From assembly GCA_027365105.1 (NCBI GenBank), contig DAHXNZ010000008.1, positions 129-64,128 of the forward strand: 64,000 nt of DNA. The letters run 5' to 3'. The notes beneath the pieces are model-generated. The model was not told the DNA's origin and ran no database searches. It worked only from the letters and a program-made list of their open reading frames with translations. Origin of the DNA: Thermoplasmata archaeon (lineage in GTDB: Archaea > Thermoplasmatota > Thermoplasmata > Lutacidiplasmatales > UBA184). This document shows positions 38,298 through 47,739 of this stretch, one piece after another. Within the stretch, counting starts at the first letter, position 1, and each line of letters opens with the position of its first letter. A program made the position numbers and the translations under genes.

Positions 38298-39017
38298 GGG
38301 GCTCTGGAGTTCCGGGCGGGAATAAATGTTTCCGAGGAACGTCGTTCGTGGCGCCCTCCCGCCTTTGGATGCGGGACCGTCCGCCCCCTTCATCGTTCGG
38401 ACGCCGAGGTGAGTGGCCGTTCTTGCATCCTCGACCGGATCCGCGGCACTTTTCGGTGGGGTGGAGGTCCCGCCTCCAGCGGCCGCGCTTCCCTGGGGCC
38501 CGGAGTTTGCGCGGGGTGCGCGAACGAGGCCCCGGCGCGAGGAACGCCATGCACCGGTCCGGGTCACGGGCCCCCAGGTGTTCGCGATGGGCCGGAGGAG
38601 CTCCCCCTCCGGAATCGGGGCCGGGTAGAGGAGGCCGACGAATGAAAAATACGTTCTCGGCGCTGCTCCCGAATCCAGGTCCCCGGCCCCGCCAGGCCGG
38701 TTACCCACTCCCAGCGCCTTGGAGGCCGCGCTCGCCGATACCGTCATCCCGGGCGGCTGCGTTCTGGCCACGGCCCTGCCGGAACTCCTCGAGGTCCGCG
38801 ATCCGCGCAGTGACCGGCCCCTCCGGCATGGGCCCGCGCAGGGAGTTGGACGGAGCTCGGGCAACGGATCCAGGGTCCGGATCGGACCCCGCCGCCCGTT
38901 GATCCCTGTGACCCGCCCGGACTACGGCTTTCCGCCCGGCTATGGGACACGGCCCCCGGACAGGCACAAAGGGATATGCGCGACCGGACTACAGCGTGGA
39001 GCAGCGGGAGGGATCGG

Positions 39018-40358
39018 ATGGTGCTGGACTCCCTTGGAAAGTCCCTACGCGGCGTCCTCCAGAAGATCGCCCGGGGATCGACAGTCGACGAGGCCCTTCT
39101 GAGCGAAGTGGTCCGGGACATCCAGCGGGCGCTCCTCCAAGCGGATGTCAATGTCCAGCTGGCGCTCGACCTCACCCAACGAGTCCGACGACGGGCCACC
39201 CAAGAAAAACCTCCGGCCGGGGCGAGCATGCGAGACTTCCTCGTCCGGATCATCTACGAGGAGATCCGGGGCATCTTGGGGAAGGAAGGAGTCTTCGAGC
39301 TTCGGCCCCGACGCATCCTCCTGACCGGCCTCTTCGGCCAAGGGAAAACCACGACGGCGGGGAAGCTGGCCCGTCACTTCCAGAAGAAAGGGGTCCGGGT
39401 CGGTCTGGTGGCGGCCGATGTCCACCGCCCAGCCGCGATCGATCAGCTCCAGCAGCTGGCGCAGCGGGTTGGTTGCGAGTTCTTTGCCGACCGCCACGAG
39501 CCGCGGGCCGAGAAGGTGGTCGAGCGGGCGCTGGCAACGTTCCCGCCCCACCTCGCGGTGATCGTCGACACGGCCGGGCGCAGCGGCATCGACACCGAAC
39601 TCATCGAGGAGCTTCAGAGGGTCCGGGCCGTCCTCCAGCCCGACGCGACTCTCCTAGTCCTTGACGCCGCGATGGGCCAGGCCGCGGGACGGAGTGCCCA
39701 GGCGTTCCACACCGCCGTCGGTGTCACCGGGGTCATCCTCACAAAGCTGGACGGTTCGGCCAAGGGCGGAGGGGCCCTCTCCGCCGTCGCGGTGACCCAA
39801 GCCCCGATCCTTTTCATCGGAACGGGAGAGCATCTCGATGAACTCGAACGGTTCGACCCGACCCGCTTCGTCAGCCGACTCCTCGGGATGGGGGATGTCC
39901 AGACCTTGCTGGAACGGTTCGAAGCCCTATCGAACCAGGAGGAAGCCCAGAAGGCTGCCGAGCATCTGATGACCGGCCGGTTCACCCTCCGCGACATGCG
40001 GGCCCAACTGTCGTCCCTGGGCGAGATGGGCACCTTTTCCAAGCTGTTCAGCTTCCTGCCGGGACTGGGCGGGGCGAAGGTCTCCGATCAGCAGCTCGAC
40101 GCCACCCAGATCCGGATGCGCCGCTACCGGGCCATCCTCGACTCGATGAACTCCACCGAACTGGAGGACGCCCACATCATCAAGGCCGACCGGATCCGGC
40201 GGATCGCGCGGGGCAGCGGTTCCCGCCCCCAGGATGTCCGGGCGCTGCTCAAACATTTCGACCAGACCCGGAAGGCCGCCCACGGCATTGCGTCGAACCG
40301 CAGGTTTCGACGCCAGCTCGAGCGGCAGATGGCCCAAGGGGGCCCTCCATCACCGTAG
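39018..40358 (+). CDS. srp54: signal recognition particle protein SRP54
   Basis: N domain, G domain (GLFGQGKTTTAGKLA, DTAGR, TKLDG) and a Met-rich M domain (LLGMGDVQTLLERF). Start taken at MVLDSLG. Confidence 0.9.
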   Translation: MVLDSLGKSLRGVLQKIARGSTVDEALLSEVVRDIQRALLQADVNVQLALDLTQRVRRRATQEKPPAGASMRDFLVRIIYEEIRGILGKEGVFELRPRRILLTGLFGQGKTTTAGKLARHFQKKGVRVGLVAADVHRPAAIDQLQQLAQRVGCEFFADRHEPRAEKVVERALATFPPHLAVIVDTAGRSGIDTELIEELQRVRAVLQPDATLLVLDAAMGQAAGRSAQAFHTAVGVTGVILTKLDGSAKGGGALSAVAVTQAPILFIGTGEHLDELERFDPTRFVSRLLGMGDVQTLLERFEALSNQEEAQKAAEHLMTGRFTLRDMRAQLSSLGEMGTFSKLFSFLPGLGGAKVSDQQLDATQIRMRRYRAILDSMNSTELEDAHIIKADRIRRIARGSGSRPQDVRALLKHFDQTRKAAHGIASNRRFRRQLERQMAQGGPPSP

Positions 40359-40364
40359 GCCGCC

Positions 40365-40895
40365 ATGGCTTCCAATCCCGTGGAGGTGGTCCTGGGCGTC
40401 CTCGTAGTCTTTTTCCTTCCCGGTTTCGGGGTGGTGGTTGCCACATTCCCCGAGTGGCGCTACCGCGGCCGGAATGCGTTGGAGCGGGGCCTCACCACCC
40501 TGACCCTGTCGGTCGTGCTGAGTGTGGCCCTGACCGTACTGGTAGGCTACGGTCTGTTGGCGCTCTCTCCGTCCGGCTTCGCCGCCTCCTGGACCAACCC
40601 CACCCTCGAAGTCGGCCTGGGGATCATCGCTCTCCTCGGATTGGGGGTGGGATGGCTTCGAGGAGCCTTCGCCAGGACGCCGCCACCCGTGCCGCGGCCG
40701 GAATCGGCCGACGTCGATCCTTACGAACTCGCCCGCGAACTCGACCATCTCCGCCGAGAGTGCCGGGAAATCCGGCGACGAAGGCGTTCCGCGCCCGGTC
40801 CCACCGAGCTGCCGGACATCCGCCAGCAACTCGCAGCCTTGGAGGCTCAGATCCAGCGCATCGAGGTCGAATTGGAGAGAGAATATGTCCAGTAG
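40365..40895 (+). CDS. hypothetical membrane protein with a C-terminal coiled coil
   Basis: Three predicted TM helices, then an Arg/Glu-rich helical tail (LRRECREIRRRRRS...LEAQIQRIEVELEREY). Starts 7 nt after the SRP54 stop. Confidence 0.45.
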   Translation: MASNPVEVVLGVLVVFFLPGFGVVVATFPEWRYRGRNALERGLTTLTLSVVLSVALTVLVGYGLLALSPSGFAASWTNPTLEVGLGIIALLGLGVGWLRGAFARTPPPVPRPESADVDPYELARELDHLRRECREIRRRRRSAPGPTELPDIRQQLAALEAQIQRIEVELEREYVQ

Positions 40896-41265
40896 CCGAC
40901 ATCGGGCCCCGGAGGAATACAAGATGGTGCTGGTCGTCCGTGGGGAGCTTAGGCTGACCCCGGGGAAGGCGGCCGTCCAGGTGGCTCATGCCGCCGTGGC
41001 CCTCGCCCGGGTGGGTGAATCACGCGCTCCGTCAGCGTTCCGATCGTGGTGGGACGCCGGCCAGCGCAAGATCGCACTGGTGGCCCCGACCTTGCAGGAT
41101 CTGGAGGAGCTGGAGCGTCGAGCCCGCCAACGGGGGCTCCCCACGGTCCTGATCGAGGATGCCGGGTTCACCGAGGTCGCCCCCGGGACCAAAACCTGCC
41201 TCGGAATCGGACCGGCACGGTCCTCCGAAATCGACCCTCTGACCGGTGACCTCGCCCTCCTGTGA
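40885..41265 (+). CDS. pth2: peptidyl-tRNA hydrolase, archaeal Pth2 family
   Basis: KMVLVVRGELRLTPGKAAVQVAHAA and the C-terminal GFTEVAPGTKTCLGIGP pattern of PTH2. Confidence 0.8.
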   Translation: MSSSRHRAPEEYKMVLVVRGELRLTPGKAAVQVAHAAVALARVGESRAPSAFRSWWDAGQRKIALVAPTLQDLEELERRARQRGLPTVLIEDAGFTEVAPGTKTCLGIGPARSSEIDPLTGDLALL

Positions 41266-41669
41266 CGGCCGTCGGGCCGGCCAATGCCGCAGGTTTCGGA
41301 GGCCCGAGTTCAACCGTCCCCTGTCCAACCTGAGGCGGACCCAAGGAGTTCGGTAGACGGGGGGGCCCGAGCGATTCCGCATCCGGGGAATCAGGTCGGC
41401 TTCAGGGGTTCTCTCCAGATCCCCCCGGGTGATGGGCTTGCCCTCGGTTACCTCAGGGGAAACGAGAGGGGGGTTGCCGATTCGGCTCCGCCGTCACGGG
41501 ATTGTGCCGCCGTGAGGGAGGAGTGGGTCCACAAGCGTAGGAATCCCGGTTCGCCCCCGACCGATCTTCGGGGGGGCGGTTTGTCAACCCATAAATAGCA
41601 CTGCCGGTGTCGGACGGTAATGCCAAGGTCATCTGGCTACCCAGAGCCAGTGGACGGGAGGCGGGTCCG

Positions 41670-42878
41670 ATGAGGCTTTGGATCTACATCGTGCGTCGGG
41701 CCGCCTTGCTGATCCCGGTGATCGTCGGGGTCATGACCATCACGTTCGTTCTGGTGAGCGCCCTACCCCTCCAGCAACGGCTGGTCTCCTACTACGGACC
41801 GAACCCCAAGGTACCCTACAATCCGGAGGTTTCCTGCCAGAAGTTGGGCATCGACAAACCGGGAAACTGCCGGAACCCGTTCTACTACAACGGGTTGCAT
41901 GCCTTGGGCTTGGATCGACCGATATTTGTCCAATGGGGGATTTACATTTTCAATTCTTTAACGTTCAATTGGGGATTCGTCGGTAATGGCACCGGGGCCG
42001 CCGGCCAGATCCCCTTGGCCGCGGGGCACCCCGTGATCCAAGTCTTGGGCTGGTTCCTCCCCTACACCTTGGAACTCGCGGCACTTTCTCTCATCATCAT
42101 CTTGGCCGTGGCCCTACCGTTGGGAAACCTTTCGGCGGTCAACCGGAACCGACCGATCGACCAAGCGGCCCGGGTGATGTCCTTCTCGGGGTATGCTTTG
42201 CCGCAGTTCCTCCTCGGTACTCTCCTGTTGATGGGGGTCGTGTTGCTCATTGTGGGAACGCTGGGCCATTCGATCTACTGTCCGGGCAGCCCGGGAAATT
42301 CCCCCTACTTCGACTTCTCCGGCTCTTGGCCCCCGTCCAACTGCTTCCCTTCCGGCCAATTCCCGAGTTGGCTTCAGAAGGGTCAGATCAGCAGCCCGAC
42401 AGGATTCCCGACGATCGACGCGATGATTCACGGCCAGTGGATCCTCGCGGGCGACACGCTCCTTCGGATCATCATCCCCGCACTCGTGGTGGCGTTCGGG
42501 ACGATCGCCGTGCTGCTCCGATTTGTCCGCAACAGCATGCTGGAAGTCCTCAACCTCGACTTTGTGCGCACCGCGCGCGCGAAGGGAGTCGCGGAAGCCA
42601 CGGTGGTCCGCAAGCACGCGGGCCGAAACTCCCTCAACGTCACGATCACGATTCTGGGATTGACCTTCGCGGCCTTCATCGGGGGATTTCCGGTGATTGA
42701 GTCGGTGTTCAACCTGAACGGAGTGGGGCGCCTCCTGGCGTATTCGGTCACGCTAACCCCCTACGACTTCGGCCTCATCTTCGGGAGCACGATCCTCTTC
42801 ACGTTCCTGGTGGTCGCCGCGAACATCATAGTGGATGTCCTGTATGCGTATTTGGACCCGCGGGTTCGGTTGGGATAG
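41670..42878 (+). CDS. ABC transporter permease (Opp/Dpp B-type) with a periplasmic insertion
   Basis: OppB-like N-terminus (LWIYIVRRAALLIPVIVGV), EAA-loop region (ARAKGVAEATVVRKHAGRNSL). GGAGG 8 nt upstream of the ATG; TATA-like CATAAATAG at 41590-41598. Confidence 0.85.
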   Translation: MRLWIYIVRRAALLIPVIVGVMTITFVLVSALPLQQRLVSYYGPNPKVPYNPEVSCQKLGIDKPGNCRNPFYYNGLHALGLDRPIFVQWGIYIFNSLTFNWGFVGNGTGAAGQIPLAAGHPVIQVLGWFLPYTLELAALSLIIILAVALPLGNLSAVNRNRPIDQAARVMSFSGYALPQFLLGTLLLMGVVLLIVGTLGHSIYCPGSPGNSPYFDFSGSWPPSNCFPSGQFPSWLQKGQISSPTGFPTIDAMIHGQWILAGDTLLRIIIPALVVAFGTIAVLLRFVRNSMLEVLNLDFVRTARAKGVAEATVVRKHAGRNSLNVTITILGLTFAAFIGGFPVIESVFNLNGVGRLLAYSVTLTPYDFGLIFGSTILFTFLVVAANIIVDVLYAYLDPRVRLG

Positions 42879-42893
42879 AGGGAGAAGAATCAG

Positions 42894-44024
42894 ATGTCCG
42901 CACTTCCATCCCCGTCAGCCGCCCCAACGCCACGGGTTCGCCGACCCAGTCCCAGGATCGCCCAATTCCGCAGGACTTGGTACTTCTTCCGCCGGAACAC
43001 CCTCGCGATGATTGGTCTGGGCATCCTGATCTTCTTCGTGGCCGTCTACGGATTTGCGTTCTTCTATCCGGCCTCGGCCACCCAGTTGCAGACCTACCAG
43101 GCCTCCAACGGGTTGCCGCCGAGCAGTTCCTCGATCTTCCCCGAAATCTGCACCTATACGGTTGGATCCCCGGCCCCGTTGCCGACCGGCTGCTACCCGA
43201 CGCCGCCGGGATTCCCTTCCGTGATAGGTCCGACACCGGCGCTTTCACCCTTGGGGCTGGGCCCCTTGCCGATGGGATCGCTCACGATCAGCGCCGGAGG
43301 CATCCAATTCTACGACATCTTTAATGGACTCATCAAGGGAACCGATTGGTCCCTCACCATCGCCTTCGGGGTCGTCGCCTCAGGGGCCCTGATTGGCGTC
43401 GCCGTCGGCATGGTTTCGGGCTACTTCGGCGGCGTGGTCGACGAGTCCATCATGCGGCTGACCGACATCTTCCTGTCGATCCCGGGCCTGCTCCTGGTCA
43501 TCATTGTCCTGGCCGTGTTTGCCCCGGAGATCACGTCGATCGACACCCGCGTTGCCTTGATCATCGGGGCGTTCGTGGTCATCTGGTGGCCCACGTATGC
43601 CCGCGTCGTACGCGGGCAGGTGCTGGTGATCCGGGAGCAACGGTACGTCGAAGCCGCCCGGGCGGCCGGGGCTCATAGTGGCCGGATCATCCGCAAGCAC
43701 ATCATGCCCAACAGCATCTATCCGGTCTTCGTCCAGATGTCCCTCGACGTCGGCTCGGTCCCGCTTCTGATTGCGGCCATCGTGTTCATCGGCTTCCAGA
43801 TTTTCCCCAATCAGAATTTCCCCGAGTGGGGAACGATTGCGGCGTATTCGGTTTCGTTCAATGTGGTGCAGTCATTCATCACGGCGTGCCAAACGGCATC
43901 CACATGCACCATCCCCTGGTGGCAGTTCTTCTTCCCAGGGCTCGCCCTGTTTCTGTTTGCGATCAGCGTGAACTTCTTCGCCGACGGACTGCGCGATGCG
44001 CTGGACCCGAGGTTGCGGAGGTAG
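42894..44024 (+). CDS. ABC transporter permease (Opp/Dpp C-type)
   Basis: OppC-like topology with an extended first extracellular loop and an EAA-like motif (EAARAAGAHSGRIIRKHIMPN). Confidence 0.85.
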   Translation: MSALPSPSAAPTPRVRRPSPRIAQFRRTWYFFRRNTLAMIGLGILIFFVAVYGFAFFYPASATQLQTYQASNGLPPSSSSIFPEICTYTVGSPAPLPTGCYPTPPGFPSVIGPTPALSPLGLGPLPMGSLTISAGGIQFYDIFNGLIKGTDWSLTIAFGVVASGALIGVAVGMVSGYFGGVVDESIMRLTDIFLSIPGLLLVIIVLAVFAPEITSIDTRVALIIGAFVVIWWPTYARVVRGQVLVIREQRYVEAARAAGAHSGRIIRKHIMPNSIYPVFVQMSLDVGSVPLLIAAIVFIGFQIFPNQNFPEWGTIAAYSVSFNVVQSFITACQTASTCTIPWWQFFFPGLALFLFAISVNFFADGLRDALDPRLRR

Positions 44025-44030
44025 CCCCGC

Positions 44031-45650
44031 GTGTCGGCTGTCACTCCCCGGGTCGCCTCTTCACCATCGGTTCCCGAGGCCACTGCTTTACCGACGACGA
44101 CGCCGTACGAGGGCTCAGAGCCTGCGAAGCCCGGCGACGTCATCCTGGACGTTCGGGACCTGTGCACGTACTTCTACACCTACGACGGGGTGGTCCGCGC
44201 CTTGGACGGAGTCTCCTTCAAAGTCCGGCGTGGCGAAACCGTCGGGATGGCGGGCGAAACCGGCTGCGGCAAGAGCGTCACGATGTTCTCCGCCTTGCGC
44301 CTGATCCCTGACCCCCCCGGCCGAACCGTCAGCGGGAAGGTGCTCTTCCAGGGAGCCAACCTGCTCTGGGGCATCGAGACGGAAGCAAAGATGAAACCGA
44401 TCGGCACGACCGGTCGGGTCAAAGTCAGCCGAAAGTTCCATCGGATCAAGGCGGCCAATGAGCGGATGATGGCCGTTCGGGGTCATGGAATCTCCATGAT
44501 CTTCCAGGAACCTACATCGGCCATGAACCCGCTCTTCCCGATCTACGACCAGATTGGGGAGACCTTGCTCCTGCACCGGGGCACGCGGATTCTGGAAACC
44601 CTCTTGGCCGCGACCCCGCAGGCGGCCGCCGTTCGGCCGGCCGTCGAGCGCCTGGCCGAAGCCGTCGAACGGAGGGCGGAGGTTGGAGAGATCCGGGCAC
44701 TGGCGAAGGCTGTCGGGAAGGCCATCGGGGTTCCCTCGGCCGAAACCCAGTTCTTCTACCGGGCCCGGGACGCCCGTCAGAACCCGGCCGGGGTGGGTCG
44801 CCAGTTGACTCGGATCCTTCACCGTTTTGCGCTCACCCGAGGCCAGCGGGCCTACCTGCACCACCAGCTCAACCTGATCCGGAGTCAGGACCGACTCAAA
44901 CAGATCTACATGACCGAGATGCGGTCCGGGAAGCTCGACCGCACCGCCAAGATCAACCTCCGCAACCGGATGCGGCTCCGGCGCTGGAGCCACTTCTATT
45001 TCGGGCTGTGGGGCATCCGGGGACGGGTCTCCAAGCCCCTCAAGGACGAACTGTTCTGGCAGACGGTCCGACTGCTGGAGGGGGTCCAGATCGCGAACCC
45101 TGTCCAGGTGGCCCGGGGCTACCCCTTCGAACTATCCGGCGGCATGCTCCAGCGGGTCATGATCGCCATGGCTCTCTCTTCCGAGCCGGTCCTCCTCATG
45201 GCCGATGAACCCACCACCGCTCTCGATGTCACCATCCAGGCCCAGATCCTGGATCTGATGCGGGACCTCAAGCACCGGGTCGGAATGGGAATCCTCCTCG
45301 TCACCCACGACCTCGCCGTGATCGCCGAGGTCGCCGATCGAGTCTGTATCATGTATGCCGGTCAGATCGTCGAGAATGCCGCCGTCCGGGATCTGTTCAG
45401 CCACCCGCTTCACCCCTACACCCAGGGACTCCTCGCCTCCATCCCCCGCATGGACCAGCCCGACAAGCGGCTGGACTCCATTCCCGGATCGGTCCCCAAC
45501 CTGATCTCGCCGCCGTCCGGTTGCCGGTTCCACCCCCGCTGTGCCTACGCGATGGAGATTTGCAAGAAGTCTCGGCCTCCGATGACTGACGAGGGGAACG
45601 GCCACCAGGTCGCCTGCTTCCTCTACCACGGCGCTCCGGTGACCGAATAG
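44031..45650 (+). CDS. ABC transporter ATP-binding protein (OppD-like) with a ~190-aa insertion between the Q-loop and the signature motif
   Basis: Walker [10 protein letters not shown]-loop IFQEP, signature LSGGMLQRV, Walker [14 protein letters not shown]-terminal oligopeptide-type CxxxC. At 539 aa it is ~200 aa longer than a typical OppD. Confidence 0.85.
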   Translation: MSAVTPRVASSPSVPEATALPTTTPYEGSEPAKPGDVILDVRDLCTYFYTYDGVVRALDGVSFKVRRGETVGMAGETGCGKSVTMFSALRLIPDPPGRTVSGKVLFQGANLLWGIETEAKMKPIGTTGRVKVSRKFHRIKAANERMMAVRGHGISMIFQEPTSAMNPLFPIYDQIGETLLLHRGTRILETLLAATPQAAAVRPAVERLAEAVERRAEVGEIRALAKAVGKAIGVPSAETQFFYRARDARQNPAGVGRQLTRILHRFALTRGQRAYLHHQLNLIRSQDRLKQIYMTEMRSGKLDRTAKINLRNRMRLRRWSHFYFGLWGIRGRVSKPLKDELFWQTVRLLEGVQIANPVQVARGYPFELSGGMLQRVMIAMALSSEPVLLMADEPTTALDVTIQAQILDLMRDLKHRVGMGILLVTHDLAVIAEVADRVCIMYAGQIVENAAVRDLFSHPLHPYTQGLLASIPRMDQPDKRLDSIPGSVPNLISPPSGCRFHPRCAYAMEICKKSRPPMTDEGNGHQVACFLYHGAPVTE

Positions 45651-45659
45651 AAGGAACCC

Positions 45660-46826
45660 ATGGAAGACCCGACCTCCGAAACGGTGCTCGCGGCCCGCCA
45701 CATCCGAAAGTACTTTCCGATTCGGGGAGGTTTGCTCTCGAAGAGGGTCGGCGAAGTCCAGGCGGTAGACGGGATCAGCTTCGACATCCACCAGGGAGAG
45801 ACCGTCGGGCTCGTCGGGGAGTCCGGCTGCGGCAAGACGACCGCCGGCCGACTCCTCCTCCGCCTGATCGAGCCGACTTCGGGCCACGCCTTCTACCGCC
45901 CGCCGCCCGAAGTGATGGACCGCATCAACCAGCTCTACGACTCGATGGACGGCGACCCGGATTCGGGACGGCGGAATCCGCTGGCCCTCCAGGAGCTCGA
46001 TAAGCTGGCCGACCAGTATTCGCTGTACCGACGCAACGCGCGACGGATGCAAGAGCTGAGGGGCAAGCTCCAGATCGTCTTCCAGGATCCTTTCGGATCG
46101 TTGAGCCCGAGGATGCTGGTCAAGGACATCATTGCGGAACCCCTTGAGGTCCACCACATCGGGACCCCGAGGGAGCGGCTCCAGCGGGTCTCGGAACTGA
46201 TGCAGGAGGTGGGACTCAACCCGGAGCACCTCTGGCGGTTCCCGCACGAATTCTCGGGGGGGCAACGGCAACGGATCGGCATCGCCCGGGCCCTGGCGCT
46301 TCGCCCGGAGTTCATCGTGCTTGACGAGCCCACGAGCGCCCTCGATGTTTCGGTCCAGGCCCAGATCCTCAACATTCTCCAACGTCTGCAGGCCGACTAT
46401 GGAATCTCCTTCTTGTTCATCTCCCACCACCTTTCGGTGATCCGGGCCGTCAGCCGGCGAGTGGTCGTGATGTACCTGGGCCGGGTCGTCGAGCACGCCG
46501 ACACCGACTCGCTCTTTGCCCGACCGCTCCACCCCTACACGCAGGCCCTGCTCTCGGCCATCCCCATTCCCGATCCTACCCTCAAGCGGGAGCGGATCAT
46601 CCTCTCCGGCGACGTCCCGAGCCCCGCCGCCCCGCCGTCCGGCTGCCGGTTCCATACCCGCTGCCCGGCGGTCATGCCGATCTGCTCGCAGGTCGATCCG
46701 CCGCTGCTGCCCAATGGCCCCAACCATTGGGTCGCCTGCCATCTTTATCCGGGTTCCACGACGCGATCAACCCCGGTCTCGGCCCTCCCCGATGCCCCGA
46801 CGGCAGCGCCGGCGGCCGTCGGGTAA
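45660..46826 (+). CDS. ABC transporter ATP-binding protein (OppF-like) with a ~60-aa insertion after Walker A
   Basis: Walker [11 protein letters not shown]-loop VFQDP, signature FSGGQRQRI, Walker [13 protein letters not shown]-terminal GCRFHTRCP. Confidence 0.85.
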   Translation: MEDPTSETVLAARHIRKYFPIRGGLLSKRVGEVQAVDGISFDIHQGETVGLVGESGCGKTTAGRLLLRLIEPTSGHAFYRPPPEVMDRINQLYDSMDGDPDSGRRNPLALQELDKLADQYSLYRRNARRMQELRGKLQIVFQDPFGSLSPRMLVKDIIAEPLEVHHIGTPRERLQRVSELMQEVGLNPEHLWRFPHEFSGGQRQRIGIARALALRPEFIVLDEPTSALDVSVQAQILNILQRLQADYGISFLFISHHLSVIRAVSRRVVVMYLGRVVEHADTDSLFARPLHPYTQALLSAIPIPDPTLKRERIILSGDVPSPAAPPSGCRFHTRCPAVMPICSQVDPPLLPNGPNHWVACHLYPGSTTRSTPVSALPDAPTAAPAAVG

Positions 46827-46855
46827 CGACGACGGGGCGTGGGGAGGCCGCCCCG

Positions 46856-47281
46856 ATGTTCGGGAAGGAGGACGACCCGGCTTCGGAGGCGTACGACTCC
46901 GATGCCTTGGACGTCGTCCGACGTGAGCGCAAGGCGGCCCTCGAAGATCCCGGCCCCAGTTGGCGCGAATGGTTCCTCTTCAGCGGTGCGAAGTGGTGGA
47001 TCGGGCTCGGATTCCTGATCGTCGATGCCTGGGTCATCACCAGCTGGTTCGATCCCTTCAACCCGGTCGGGATCGGGCTCTCCCTTGCAGGCTGCCTCTA
47101 CCTTGAGTACCTTGCCTATGGCTATCTATGGTACCGCCCGGCCGAACTGAGGCCGTCGGGAAGCCCGCCATTCCGGCCGACCTGGTACCGCCTTCGGGAG
47201 TTTGGTCGCTGGACACCGGAGCAGGCGGAAGCGCTTGCCGGGAACCTCCGCCGACCCACGGTGCACCGGGACGACTTCTAG
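46856..47281 (+). CDS. hypothetical small membrane protein
   Basis: Start at MFGKEDDP (46856); acidic N-terminus then two TM helices (FLFSGAKWWIGLGFLIVDAWVITSWF; VGIGLSLAGCLYLEYLAYGYLWY). Confidence 0.4.
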   Translation: MFGKEDDPASEAYDSDALDVVRRERKAALEDPGPSWREWFLFSGAKWWIGLGFLIVDAWVITSWFDPFNPVGIGLSLAGCLYLEYLAYGYLWYRPAELRPSGSPPFRPTWYRLREFGRWTPEQAEALAGNLRRPTVHRDDF

Positions 47282-47659
47282 GACGGCTCGGCCCGCGTTT
47301 GAATGTGGGCGCCTGCCCATCTCGGCCGATACGGCCGGGCCCTCGTCCCTCGCGGCTGCGCCTTGGGTTGACCTCCGAGCGGCTGGGCCCCCGGTCTCGA
47401 AGCGACCCTTCCGAGCTCGTGGACTGATGACGCCGTGCCCCCCTCCCGGGCTCCAAGGCGGTGGAGCCGGCTGAGCCGGGTCTAGCTATCCAAAGCACGA
47501 GCCGTTCCAGCCCGACCGGACTGAACTGCCTGGAACACGACCTCATTACGTGGAGACCACCGACACACATGGATGCCCAACGAGCAAGCGAGACCCCGGT
47601 GGCAACGCCGGCCATGCTGCCCTCCAGGGAGAGGAAAGCAGCCATCGGACCGGCGTCTG

Positions 47660-47720
47660 AATCGTCCAAAAGAAAAGAGGGATGGAAAGGGTTAGGACCT
47701 CCCCCGAGGGGGAGGTCGGG
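47660..47720 (-). terminator. intrinsic archaeal terminator: GC hairpin followed by a U-tract, downstream of the giant SBP gene
   Basis: On the minus strand: GACCUCCCCC-ucg-GGGGGAGGUCC, then UAACCCUUUCCAUCCCUCUUUUCUUUU. Shares the UAACCCUUUCC...CUUUUCUUU element with the terminator at 56438-56512. Confidence 0.6.
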
Positions 47721-47739
47721 CCCGGATCTTGCTTCCGAC

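Noticed and set aside
38719-39102. 127-aa plus-strand ORF in the pheS-srp54 gap beginning MEAALADTVIPGG
   Set aside because: GC3 bias is present only for the first ~50 codons. It overlaps the SRP54 start in another frame and has no motif, so it is kept as part of the non-coding gap finding rather than called as a gene.
47418-47475. Possible C/D-box sRNA (CUGAUGA ... CUGA)
   Set aside because: Only a C box and a terminal CUGA are visible. There are no convincing D' and C' boxes, no terminal stem and no guide identified, so it is reported only as a weak possibility within the spacer finding.
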